This document shows, one piece after another, positions 39,471-51,760 of a stretch of DNA of 64,000 nt. Each line of letters begins with the position of its first letter. The stretch's first letter is position 1. The DNA comes from Vicugna vicugna (taxonomy: Eukaryota). Location of the stretch: the NCBI GenBank assembly GCA_013265495.1, contig MU058423.1, forward strand, positions 6,114,939-6,178,938. Direction: 5' to 3'. The translations under genes and the position numbers were made by a program. The notes under the pieces were generated by a model. The model made no database searches. It worked only from the letters and a program-made list of their open reading frames with translations, and had not been told where the DNA came from.

Positions 39471-40082
39471 TGAGACCAGAAGGGGTCAAGGCACAGCCAT
39501 TCAAGGAATGCTACAGCAATTAACATCAAAATGGTCAAAGATTCCACCCCCAGTAGGCCTTTAAGCTCAACATAGTGGGAGATTTGACTTCTAGCAGATC
39601 TTGAGCTTCATTATACACCCATTGTAATATAATAGCTTGGTAAATAACGTGCCTGCAGGCACCACAGCAGTCCCAAGGATAGCCGTGAAAGCTCAGAGAG
39701 TGGGAAATGGCCAACTTCTTGGGAATCCCAGCCCCTTCCCCAGGCTAGTTAGACTGGTCCTTCCACTTAATTGCATATGAAGCCACTGAGCCCATAAAAA
39801 CTGGCAACACGGTGCCTCGTGGCTACTGCCCTCTCCCTCTTTGGAGAAGGCCCATACTCTGTCTCTGGAATGTGTACCTACATTCAATCTGAGCACCCAA
39901 CCCCCACACCTTGTGGCGTTTCTCTTGCCTTTCAATGTATCTCTCTGAATAAATCTACCTTTACTCAACTGTGGCTCGCTCTTGAATTTCCTACGTGAAG
40001 CTAAGGACCTACACTTGGCGGGGCTCAACCGAGACCTGAGACATGGCTCTCCTCACACCCCATATCTGTTTTCCCGGCATCA
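39471..40082 (+). mobile_element. Solo LTR, ERV1 class, MER41-like
   Basis: TG...CA termini and 4-bp TSD GGGT (39467-39470, 40083-40086). TATA-like CATAAAA near 39793 and AATAAA at 39948-39953. Blocks resemble recalled MER41. Confidence 0.9.
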
Positions 40083-40504
40083 GGGTAACTTCTAAGAAAA
40101 GAAAATATTAAGAGCAAAAATGCCTGAGAGTGAGGCATATGATAAGTCTTAAATAGAATTTACACAGATCTGAGCAAAGGTTGAGTTTTCAGTAGGTCTG
40201 TAACACATAGTATGTTTAGGGGAAAAAAAAATGAGGCTAGAAGATTGTTGAGTTACCTGACTGCCAAGCCAAGAAATTTTTATATTTTCCTGAGGACTTT
40301 CTAAGGAATTTCTAATGTCATTAAAATATTTGAGGAAAATAGAAATGGGATAAAATAGCTTCTGATAAACTGGTCTAGATGTGCTGTAAATTGGTCTTGC
40401 CTATAATCTGGGATATCTTTAAGAGAAATTTTTTATTTTCTTAGTTGTAAATGTGATACCTTAAGTAAATAATATGCAAAGCAATAAGCTTTAAGCAAAC
40501 TAAG

Positions 40505-41053
40505 TGTTAGGCAGTTAGATAAGTGGGGGCACCGGGCAGACAGGTGGCGGAGAGGGAGGATGGTCCGGAAGATGGCGTTATGCCCGCCTCCAGCATAAAG
40601 GGACTTTACTCCTTCTAAATGAGCCCCGGCAAGAAACTGGTTAAAAGCCGACAGCCAGGACTGCTTGGTAGCAGAAAGGACTTAACCCGAGGCTACCCAA
40701 AGCTCATTGTATTATAATTAACATTGCTATTTAGGCCCCGCTCCCCGAGGGTTTTTCTGTTACACCGTGGGTAAGGATGAGCATCAAGGGGCCAAACATG
40801 ACTAGGCATTCCAGGGACAAGAGACCACCAATCAATCAAGAGACCACCCCTAAGTGAGGGTAAAAGAGAAAGGAGAGACAAAAATTGCCCTTTTTTCTCC
40901 GGGGGATCAGCCTGCTGTCTGTTCTTGGGGGAGTACTTTTCCTTTTTAAAATAAATCTTTAAAAATCTTTCACTAAACAATGCACTGTTTCCCGACTGTA
41001 AACTTGTCTTTTGGATATGGCAAGAATTGGGGTCTTTACCTTTTGGGGGAGCA
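40505..41053 (+). mobile_element. CpG-rich LTR, probably ERV1; 3' boundary uncertain
   Basis: Starts TGTTAG with an abrupt GC/CpG rise; AATAAA at 40950-40955. Possible imperfect TSD TAAG/TAAT. Confidence 0.8.
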
Positions 41054-44000
41054 TAATATTTGTATTTTTTCAACCAAATACCTTTGTGTTGATGGTTCAG
41101 TGACTAATACATGTCCTATTTTAGGAAGAATTATCTGATCAATAATATATGGCATGTTTTCTGGCAGATTCAGAAATGTTTTCATATCACAAAATAACTG
41201 CAACCCAGAGAATAGCACCACTGTTATCTTGTAACTGGCCACTAATGTAGATGTAATTGTTGTTGACTTGTTTCTCTAAATATATGTATTATTGTGGTGG
41301 TTTGTACAGTGTTAGTGAGATCTGTCACATGTAAAAAATCTATCACTGATATTTTGAAAAACAGAATAGTCAAATATTCCATGTCTCTCTAATTAAAAAA
41401 GATAAACATAGCATTCACCATAAATATTCTATTTTAAACAGAATACTTATATTTAGAAGAATTTTAAATTATTTGAAAATTTAGGAAACAATAACTGGTG
41501 TTTCTCAGTATTGCCTTTGTTTGAAAAATCTAAACCTATGTTTAGGCAGTTTGTTGAAGAAAAAAATATATAGTTCTCTACCTTTTTAAAATTAAAGTGT
41601 TATTTTTCTAACAATCTGACAGCCCACATAAATTCCAAACTGCTTTTATGGTGCTTTTCCATTATTTTTTTGTTGCTTGCTAATTACTTTTCTTGCCCAA
41701 TTTCATTTGCAGTTTGAATAAATAAACTGTTACTTTCTGCCTGCAGGTTACTAGAGGAATAGTCAATATGCAGCTGTAATAAAATCATAAATTTCTTTGA
41801 ACAGGCAATTTCCAACTTATACTTCCAGAGAGTGTTTTAAAGTGTCTACTGTTAGAGAAACAACTTTACCAAAACTGCAAAGTTTTATGCTAATTTATAA
41901 ACTTTGGATTCAAAGAAGATGAAATCAAATGATTGGTCATTATACTTTGACATTGCAAAGAATAATTTCACTCACATTAAATTGGACCCCTTTTTCACTC
42001 TTAATTGAAATATATGCTTCTCAAATTCAGTGAACAGGAGAATTGGTTTTGGTAGTGATCATTTAGTGTATTATTTATATGTCTTCTAACTCAAAGTCTT
42101 GATAAATTTGGCTAATTTTTATTCAAAGTTGAACTTCCTTTGTTTTTGTTTTGTTTTGTTTTCTGTTTTTGCTCCCATGCAACAGTAAATCAGTAAAGCA
42201 TATCCACTACAGCCAATAATTTCAGCCTTTGTTTTTTCTTTAATAAAATCCTAAGTAAATTTTAAAACTGATGTCTGTGTTTCTAACTGAATTTGCCTAC
42301 TGCTGAGATAAAAAAGTAATAAATGTATAATAATAAATATATATAAAATCTTATTTGCAACATGATAAAAGATATGCTGTACTATATTAATAATAAAATG
42401 TAGGGAATCCTCTAGGGAAATCCTTTAGGGAAAATGCATTGCTTTTTGAACTTGTGAGATATTAGTGATATTTCTCTTTCAAATATTCAACTGCACAAAA
42501 GGATACATACATCACAAATATACTTTAGCATAAATAATTGTGGAATATTCAATAACAGTAAAATATATTTAATTTTTTAAATTGAGAGGCACAAGGCTTC
42601 TCAAATGAAATTTGAATTTTGAAACTATAAGTATGGTTATTCTAATTATGTGCACATCTGTTTTTAAAATATTTTATTAATAACCACTTTCTTGAAATAC
42701 GGAGGCAAACTCCAGATAGCCAACTTCTCTGAAATGATGGTGAGAACTGACTCTTATTCTATGAATCTCTTAAGAGTCAGATAAAGGACACATACTTCCT
42801 CTTAAAGCCAGTGGGTGATTTCTCCTCTTTAGGTAAATTCTCCATTAAGGGCAACATGGAGGTGATGATGTCCTAGACATTCTGCCTTATTCAACAGTTT
42901 GGAAATATTTCATCAGCCTCTGCTAAGACTCCCCACCGGTTCTGGTTTTTAATAACATTAAAGTGCACAGAAGTTCAGCAATTTCCATTTACATGGAAGG
43001 AAAGAAGAAAGAGGATTTCCAGGGCCTATTAGTGCAGGAAGATGTTTATGGAGAAGGGTCATACTCCAGGGGTCATTGTCTTGAAAACTTTCAGATAATT
43101 AGGCTAAAATTTGCATAAACATCAGAAATGTGGATTGCTCATCTGCAATGAGATGTTTGAGGTCATCTGTAAAATTTCACTGTGATTAGCATCAAGGGGC
43201 TTTAGCCATGAGCTGTAGTATTTTACTGATTATAAAACAATAAGGAAGAGTTGGCCAAAAGCAGAGAGCTCAATATACATAAAATCATTAGAGAAAAATA
43301 GAGGGGTTAGGACACATAGGATAGGAGACATATATAAAAATTAAAAGATAAGAGAAAAGGGAACAATTGCAGAGAAGTATATTCTGAGAGATAAATATAT
43401 CTGACAACAGAAAAATAAGACATAATATATCAAATTTAAATTAACATAGGAGTGATTTGTATGTATTAGTCGTAACTAAGAACTTAGAAAAACTTATAAA
43501 TATTTCTTAAGTTTCAAATATGTGAAATATTTGATGGGCAACATGAATTTCTAGATAGAACCCCCAAAACTGCTTTAATAGTTTTCTAAAACTGAACTTG
43601 TATTTAGGAAGAAAATTGAATATAAACAATTAATGTGTTAAGACTTTTAAAAGTATTGTTCTTCCAAACAAACCTTAAGTTAGGATCAATTTACTAAAAC
43701 CTTTGACTTATTAGATGTCAAAAAAGGGTATTGTTTGTTGTATGTTTACATTGTATGTTTACAAATTATATTGTACGACAGCTTTTAATTTAACATACTT
43801 AAAAACACACTAACAAACAAATAAGAAGGTATCATATCCCAGAAAGAGTTGTGGAGACATGTGGGTTAAATACTATCATCTTGTAAGAAATAATGTTTAA
43901 AATTTATTTTTCAGAAAAAATTAAAATTTGTCAAAGTTTTGTTAGTTTTCATAGAGTTAAGAAGAGTGAAGAACGAAAGGGGGAATTAATTAGCTTTATT

Positions 44001-44146
44001 CTGCTAAAACAAATCATTTCATTAGTAACAAATACTTCATTAGACTTGAAAAAAATTCAGAAGTCTTGTTTGTTTCCCATGGCCTGGACAACATCTTTAT
44101 TTATCAGAAATAACATTTTCTTTAAATATTGTGGGAAGTTGTTTAG

Positions 44147-44663
44147 AGTAGTAGACAGAATAGCTCCCCAAAGATGTTCACATTCTAATCCCCAGAGTCT
44201 GTGAAGATGTTAGGTTTTGTGGCAAGATGGATTTAAAGTTACAGATGGAATTAAGTTTGCTAATCAGTAGGTGTTAACATAAGGAGGGTAACCTGGATTA
44301 TCCAAGTGAAACCAATGTAATTACAAGCATCCTTAAAAGTGGAAGAGGGAGGCGGAAGAGGATAGTCAGAAGGAGATGTGAATACAGAAAGACCGTCAGA
44401 GAGAAGCAACATTGGTGACTTTGAAGATAGAGGAAAGGCAGCCAGGAAACAAGGAATGTGGGAGACTACTAGAAGCTAGAAAAGGGGAGAAAATGAACTT
44501 TTTTGAGAGCCTCCTGAATGAAAAACAACTCTGCTAACACTTGAATTTTAGCCTAGCAAGACCCATGTCAAAATTTGAACCTGCAGAACAGTAAGTAAGT
44601 TTTTCTGTTGTTTTCAGTCAAATTTGTGATAATTTATTGTGGCAGAAACATAAAGCTAATGCA
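44147..44663 (+). mobile_element. MLT1D-like MaLR LTR
   Basis: 'ccccaaagatgttcacattctaatcccca', 'agatggaattaagtttgctaatcag', 'cctggattatcca' and terminal 'ctaatgca'. Confidence 0.88.
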
Positions 44664-44689
44664 AGAGTTGATATTTTTTAACGTATTTT

Positions 44690-45900
44690 TTTATTTTAAA
44701 TTCAACACACAAATACATGTATGCATAAAACATAAATGCACAATTTAATAATTAATTATTATAAAGATAGTGTTACTACTACTCAAGCCAAGAAATCAAC
44801 ATTACTAGGGCTCCCCCAAACCCATTTTTGTTCCCTTTTGGTCACATTTCTCTTCTTTCTCATAGAATATAGTAATCATTCTTAGCCTTTTGTTAGATTT
44901 TGACTTGCTTTGAAATTTTATACAAATAGAATTACTCTGTAACTTTTTTTCTCTGTCTGGCTTGACTTCTTACACTTAATATATTTTTACAATATATTTT
45001 TACTGTGTGCGTTTTTATTGAGTGTTATATTCTAGTTTAACATAGTTTGATAATTTATTAACTCAGTCGTCAAAGGACAATAAGTTAATTCCTGTTTGAG
45101 GATAACAGTCTTCTATGGCCATTTTTAAACATGTATCATAGGCCATATATTTATGAGTTGTGCTGAGATATTTAGTCAGGAGTAAAATTATATTCAATAT
45201 ATAAAGAATATACAAAGAATAACATAGATAATATGTTTTTTCTGCTAATTTGAAGATTTTTTTCTTTTTCTTTTTAATTTTCAAGTGCTTGTGTATTATT
45301 TACCTATTTGTGGCTTTTGTTTGCATTTACATTGCTTGAGTATCATAGAGTTCCTGAGTTTGTGGCTCAATGTTAATATTTTTTACCAAAAACTTGACAG
45401 CCAGTATTTGTTTTCATATTTCACATCAGATTTATATTTTTTCCCCTCTTCTTGTGGGAATACAATCGTATGAAAGTCAGATCTTAGATTAATTCTTCAT
45501 GTATCTTTTAAATTATTTTCTATTTTTTTTCTTTGTCTTCTCCAAGTTTCAGTTGATGTACTATTAAGCTATCATCTATGGCAACTGTCCTCTTTCTGGC
45601 TATATCTAAGCTGCTAGTAGACATATATATTGACTTGTTACTTCATTTCTCAAATCTCAAATTTTTATTTATCCAAAATCTTTTCTGAAAATTTCTAACT
45701 TGTCTGCTTTGGAGGATCTTATTAACTGTAGTTTTTTACTTTATTTTCAACATCTGGGTAACCCTTGACTCTGTTTCTATTTTCTGTTTTGTCTCTTGTT
45801 TTTTTGCCATTTAGCTCTGTTTCCTGGTGTGCCAGACATTGTCCAGCATCTTTATAGTCACACACAATATTAACATCCTAGAGAAATAATTTAATTTTCC
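44690..45900 (-). mobile_element. Highly degraded L1ME fragments (3'UTR and ORF1-like pieces)
   Basis: 'actactcaagccaagaaatcaacatta' and 'tttgaaattttatacaaatagaat' are antisense L1ME 3' motifs. Confidence 0.5.
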
Positions 45901-48399
45901 AACTGGCAGAGTGTATGAGATCACCTGGATCCAATCAGGAATTTAGATAAATTAAGTCTGAAATTTATATTGGGTTCATTTTTTTCTGTTAGTTCCTCAA
46001 AATGAAATGATTAAATTTACTAGGTTGTCACCTGCCAGGTTTTTTCTTTGTTTAAATTTATACTTTAGCCTACTAATTCATCACCATATTTTTAGTATTT
46101 TGATACATTTAATGATTTTGAAGATTATTTTGTTTTACTTTATTTCATTACACTGGTAATGTAGTTTCTGATAATTCGGCTCACTCCTCAGAACATGCAT
46201 TATTAAACTATATTTTCTCATATATGTGTATATATATATACACATATATATATACTTGATGATGTCCCCTGACTTTATACTGACTCTTAAAAATAGGCAT
46301 TTAATGTGTTTTTAGCAACATAGGCATACATCCTGATAAGCATTCATTATAATTCATACATGGAAGACTGCTCAATTTACTTAAATTTTGTATTTACTTA
46401 AATTATGTTTTAAAGCACAAACTTAAAATTCTTGATTTGTAACTTATGTAAATGATAGTTCTTTTCAAAAGGGTTTTATAAGAATTTCTTGAATAATAAT
46501 CCCTAGTATTATATTGTAATATATTTGAAATTATAAAGACAAATATTGCTCTAGTAAAAGTTGGGAAGGTCTCCTACTGGTATTCACTACAGGAGATCTT
46601 GACAAGCAGATATCCTAATTTAATCATCTATTTGTTAAGCAAGTACTGAAGAGTTACTATACGTGAGATACAATTATATGTGCTAGTAATTCCTTGTCTA
46701 GGAAAGGGACATAAACCTTGTCTTTAGGAACCATGCAGTTTAATATGAAATTTACAGTATCTATATTTTGCTAGGTTTTTGATATAGTTGGATATTTATT
46801 GGTATCACTTTTTTTTGGAGTTAGAAAAATACAAAACTTTTAGAATTGTCAAGTCATACCAGGTTGACTTTGTAAAATCCTGATTCACCTTGGAGATGGT
46901 TTATTCCAATGTTTCACCTGTTTCTTTTAATGCTCAAGTCCTCAAAGTCTTATAACTGGATCATCTGAAGGAAAATAACATCTCCAGGTGACTTTGCATG
47001 AGTGAATTGGAAATTAATAAGGAATTTATTTTTATCTAATATTTGATATTTGATAACATGTTAAATATTTATCTGATATCATTTGAAGTTTATTTGTACT
47101 TAAAAATAAAATGGTGAAAGTAGACTGACTATGCTGTGGTATTTTAGGATATAGAGAAGCATCATTATAAAGATTGTAAATGTTAAATACTCAAGTATAT
47201 TTCTTGATAATAAGTATATACAGATAATTTCTTTAAATCTTCCACCCAGATGCTTAATATTCTTTTGAGGTTAGTTTCCTAAGCCATATGCATTACAGTA
47301 ATTCACAGAAGCAGTATATAGGAGCTGTGAATAACGATATTGTATAAAATACCTTATAATCTATAATTGTTAATAGGCCTCCAGTGACTAGCAGCTAAAG
47401 ATTTAAGAATTGGATGTCTCATCAAGAATAATTCACAACTGGTCAATGTTCTGCTGATGTAGTAACATGACCTTGATCTCTGTACCAGATCATCACTGCA
47501 AAATAATTAATCCCGTTCAGTTAACCCACATTAGTCGTGATGGATTACATCATTTATCAAGACATTGGGAAGTTATTTAGGAAAATTTCTTATGTCCTTA
47601 ACCCCTCTGCTACCTAAGTAAAGGCGGGTTTGTAAAGTTGGTTTTTGCTGTCTGGAAGGAGATTTATAATCATTGTTCTGTGCTGCCTGCATAATATATA
47701 AGCCTTGGGAGTATTCTAGCCTTGGGAGTATTCTAGGTATGTGCTTTCATTTCTGCTGTAACTATAATATTAGAAAACATTGCATTAATGTGCACTTGAT
47801 CTGCCTGGAGATCTCAGGTCAGGGTCACCTGTGACCTTACATTTCAGCCACAATGGGCTTTGGTTCATGATAGAACTTATAATTTTTACTATTTGAAAGT
47901 AGTTTCTCTAAAATCATTAACCTATTACAATTCAAAAGGCAGTCCTCTGTGAAACAGATATTGAATTAATTTCCACTCTTTTGGGCTGGGTCTGTCTCAA
48001 ATTTTGGTGCACTATTTTGTCCCCTTGAATACTGACACGTATTATTAAATGTAGACAGGCATGCACCCTTTTTTTTTTTTCACACAATACAAAATCCAGT
48101 AAAACAAGACTAAAGAAAACAGATTCCTATAAGGAAATTAGTTAATTGTGGGCATTTGAGATCATTGTGGCAGACAGTGTAAAATGTTTGAGGGTCTAGG
48201 AATGAGTATGTTCTGAAGCTGATTCATTTTCCTTGTGATTCTGTATGACCCTGCAAACTGACCAGATATTCTCTCTCTTTGATGGTTCCTCAGTATATAG
48301 GTGTAGTTTAGTTTGTGAGGACCTAGATACATTACGTAGTATCATGTAATGCATTTGACCAAGAATGCAAACCATGCCTGCCACATCACATCACGCCAT

Positions 48400-49350
48400 T
48401 TATTTAATCTCATTTCTCTTTCTTTGTAAGGACTTCAAAAAGAGTGCATTATGCTAACATTTCCCCAGCTCAAGGAACATAAATAGTCATTCTGATTTAC
48501 TCATTTATTTACTCTTCCTTATTCTGATTTCTCACACTGATCCTCCATCGTAGGCAATGATTCTAATATGTTTAATGTTACTTTTAATTTATGTAAATTT
48601 TTTGTTTTTATATGTCATTCTGGTTTTTTTTTCCCAAGGAATAGTGCGTTTTTAAGTTGCATTTTCCATGTGTACATTTGCTATGTTGTTTCTAATTTTT
48701 CATGGATACTTGAGGGTGTTTAACATGTATTACCTATTCATCAGAAATAGTATTGAAATGAATGTCCTCACAGACCCTCCCATAAGTAAGAATTCTTTGA
48801 GGTAAAAACCCAGGGCCACAACTGCCAGATCATACCATTTGCTGGTACCTACTTTGGCTGATTATCCACAGTGACCGTCTGCCATCCAGAATGGTTGCAC
48901 CATGCATTCTCACAAAAAAAGTGTGTGAGGGTTCTCCTACATCTATACCCTAGATAAAGTTTTACATTATACAGCTTTCTAATTTGGTTTTTCTGATTGC
49001 TCTCAAGTGATACGTGACATTGTTTCACCTTTTAAGTGCTCTAATTTAAAGTGAGATTAAAAATCACTTTGCAGTTTTGTTAGCATTTGAGTTGCTCTCT
49101 GGATACACTCTCATTACAGCCTTCACCCAATATTCCATTGGGCTGTCTGGTTTTGGTATTTGGTTCTTGTGGTTGATGTTGTTGGCTTACGTGCTCCTGT
49201 TATATTTTACTCTATGTATTACCTTTGCCCAGGATGTTCTTCACTGAACAAAAATCTTTACTATTGATGTTATCAAAACTTTTTTTTTTATTTATCTGAT
49301 CATTTGTAACTTTCTCATTTTGTTTACTAAGACTTTCCTTATGCTGAGGT
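48400..49350 (-). mobile_element. Degraded L1ME 3' portion
   Basis: 'ccagaatggttgcacca...tctcac...gtgtgtgagggttctc' antisense ORF2 C-terminal motifs. Confidence 0.55.
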
Positions 49351-50059
49351 CCATTCCATTTGCAATTATCCAAAGAAGGTCAAACTGTAATTAACTGCAC
49401 ATGAATTAACATCTTTATCTTTGCACTTGAACCTCTTGTATTTGTTGATGTTCTTTTTGTTGGTGGTGCTGTGTTTTCTTCAGTAGGATATATGTACTTC
49501 TGAGGCCAAGAACTTTGTCATAATCATATATATATATATATATATACCTGATATCTAGCAGAATGCCTAGCATATAGTAGGTTCACAATAAATGTTTATT
49601 AAAACAATGTGTTTGGAGCCATAGCACTGAAAAAAAAAAGATGCTTCAGGGGGAAATAATTCAGAGTGAGGTATTTACTTGTGACTTGGGTACATGAGGT
49701 CTATGCAAAATCTTGCCCTCAGTACAGCCTCCAATCAGGTTCACAGTATTAGTTCATTATTATTTGCGTTCCTGGTGGTTCCTCTAAACTTGTTTCCTCC
49801 CATCCTCCCATTATCTTCTATTGCGCCTTCCCACTCCCTCTTATGTAGGGAATGCGTTCTACTCTGAGTAGTAAAATGACATCTAAGGTGATCAAATAAT
49901 CCTGCCTACCTCCATGTTTCTTTGTAGTGTATAATTGGAATTATCCATGGAGGAACAACTTCTTGTTTTCTCTCTTAAGCATAATTTAATTTCCTCAGTT
50001 CTTTCCTCCTATAGCTTATTTCATGAGAAATGGATTCGATATTCAGATTTTAGGGAGAT

Positions 50060-50240
50060 AGAGGAGAGATTCTTTTGTTCAAATTTCAAATCTGCTATAA
50101 GCTAGACATATAAACTTCAACTGTTTCTTTAAATAATCTTACTTTCACTTTTTTCCCCCTTCTTAAATGAGGGGATCCATTCAAAGCCCTGAGCATAGGA
50201 TCTGGACATATTATGAGAGCTCAGTGTTAGTTACTACCCA
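50060..50240 (+). mobile_element. MIR remnant
   Basis: 'gttcaaatt...tctgcta...aaatgaggggat' and 3' part 'ctggacatatt...gctcagt'. Confidence 0.6.
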
Positions 50241-50879
50241 TTAAGATAAAGTTGGTGAAAGTAAAAGAAACTTTGCAATATGAAATTGCTATGGCCCTAA
50301 TGCCATCTCTTCTCCTCTAGCAGGTACTTCTAGTAGATGTGAATTATATGTCTCGAACACAAAGTTCATTAAAAACCTGAAAACCACACAGTTGTAAAAC
50401 CTTTACTTGACCCAAAAGTCAATTTGGCTCCTGTAATGACACAGGGTAACATAAATCTTTACAGTTTACTTCACACAGTGGGGTGTATTTCTTCAAAAGT
50501 TCCAGTATGAGATGCATCTAAAATATTCTTGTTTGTGAATACTCAGAATTGGAAACTGCAGAGGTTAAAATGATTTTATGACATATAACAATTACAAGAT
50601 TGCTAGAAAGAGACAATTCCAGTAACAGTTTTCTATAGTAATATTCACACCTTCTAATAGAAGAGCAAACTCATTGTGAATCTGGAACCACAGCAGGTGC
50701 ATGTATGTTTCAGGAACAACATTTTAATCCTCCGATATTTCTCCCCACCTCTTTGTTGTTATTCAGAACAAGAAGACAAACAGAGACTGCCATGTTTGCT
50801 TTTACTTTTAATTAATGATCACTTTAACAGGATTGTAAAATAATAATTTCTATTAAAAATATTATATCAAAAATATCAT

Positions 50880-51760
50880 TCGGCAGCTGTCTGCTTTATC
50901 CTTTGCATTAACATCTTTTCCATCTTAAATGAATCCTTACCATCAGCATGAGAATATTCCATGATATTTCCCACATAGTAACACCACTTCCCTCCAGCTT
51001 CGGTCCCACTACTCTGATCTGAAGTTGTATATACTCTAATTTCAGTGTCTCTCTTTTCTTTCATTCTTTTTCAAGCTCCTTTTAATCATCTCCACCGTTC
51101 TATCAAAACTGCACTTATCAAGATCACAAGTAATATACAGTTTTATAAATCCAATTATACATTTTCAGTACTTATCTGTGCTTATCATCAATCTTGTTTA
51201 AATTTCAGCCGTTTCAGTTTCAGCAATATCGAGTTCAAATTTCAAGTCTACTACAAATTAGAAACTTAGGCAGTTTCTTTAAATACTCTTAATTTAAATT
51301 TTTTTCCCTTTTCTTAAATGAGGGGATAGAAGATTACGCCTTCCTCTGGAAAATTGTTTCTTCACAGGGTCTCAGATGTCATTTCTTTTGGCCCACCTTC
51401 TACTTCCCAGAAATTCTTTCTTAGTTCTGTTTATTCCTCCGTGTTAATCCTTTCTGTTTTTACACGTAACACCTCTGTGATTTCATACAGTCCTATAATT
51501 TAAATATTATGTATAACCTGATGTTTCCAGAATTTATAGTTCTAGCACAGAACTCTCTAAGTATAGTTAATATATACTTTTTCCAACTTGATTTTTCAGT
51601 CTGACTATCTAGAGAGTGTCTAAGAACTTAACACATCTACAATCAAACTTGATCTTTCTCTTCCAAACCTAGTTCTCTCATTCTTCCCAGTCTCTGTAAA
51701 TAGCCATTCCATTTTTTATTGCTTAGTGCAAAATCTTTGGAGTCAAAATTCTTGACTCAT
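50880..51760 (+). mobile_element. L2 LINE remnant interrupted by a MIR-derived segment at 51233-51327
   Basis: 'aaactgcacttatcaagatcac...aaatccaat...ttttcagt' and 'aacttaacacatctacaatcaaactt' L2 motifs. Confidence 0.7.

Noticed and set aside
39471..41053. Two + strand LTRs as the ends of one provirus
   Set aside because: The sequences are dissimilar, and the first LTR has its own complete TSD
39693..41073. 111-aa and 126-aa minus-strand ORFs
   Set aside because: They lie antisense within LTRs and show no gag/pol/env motifs
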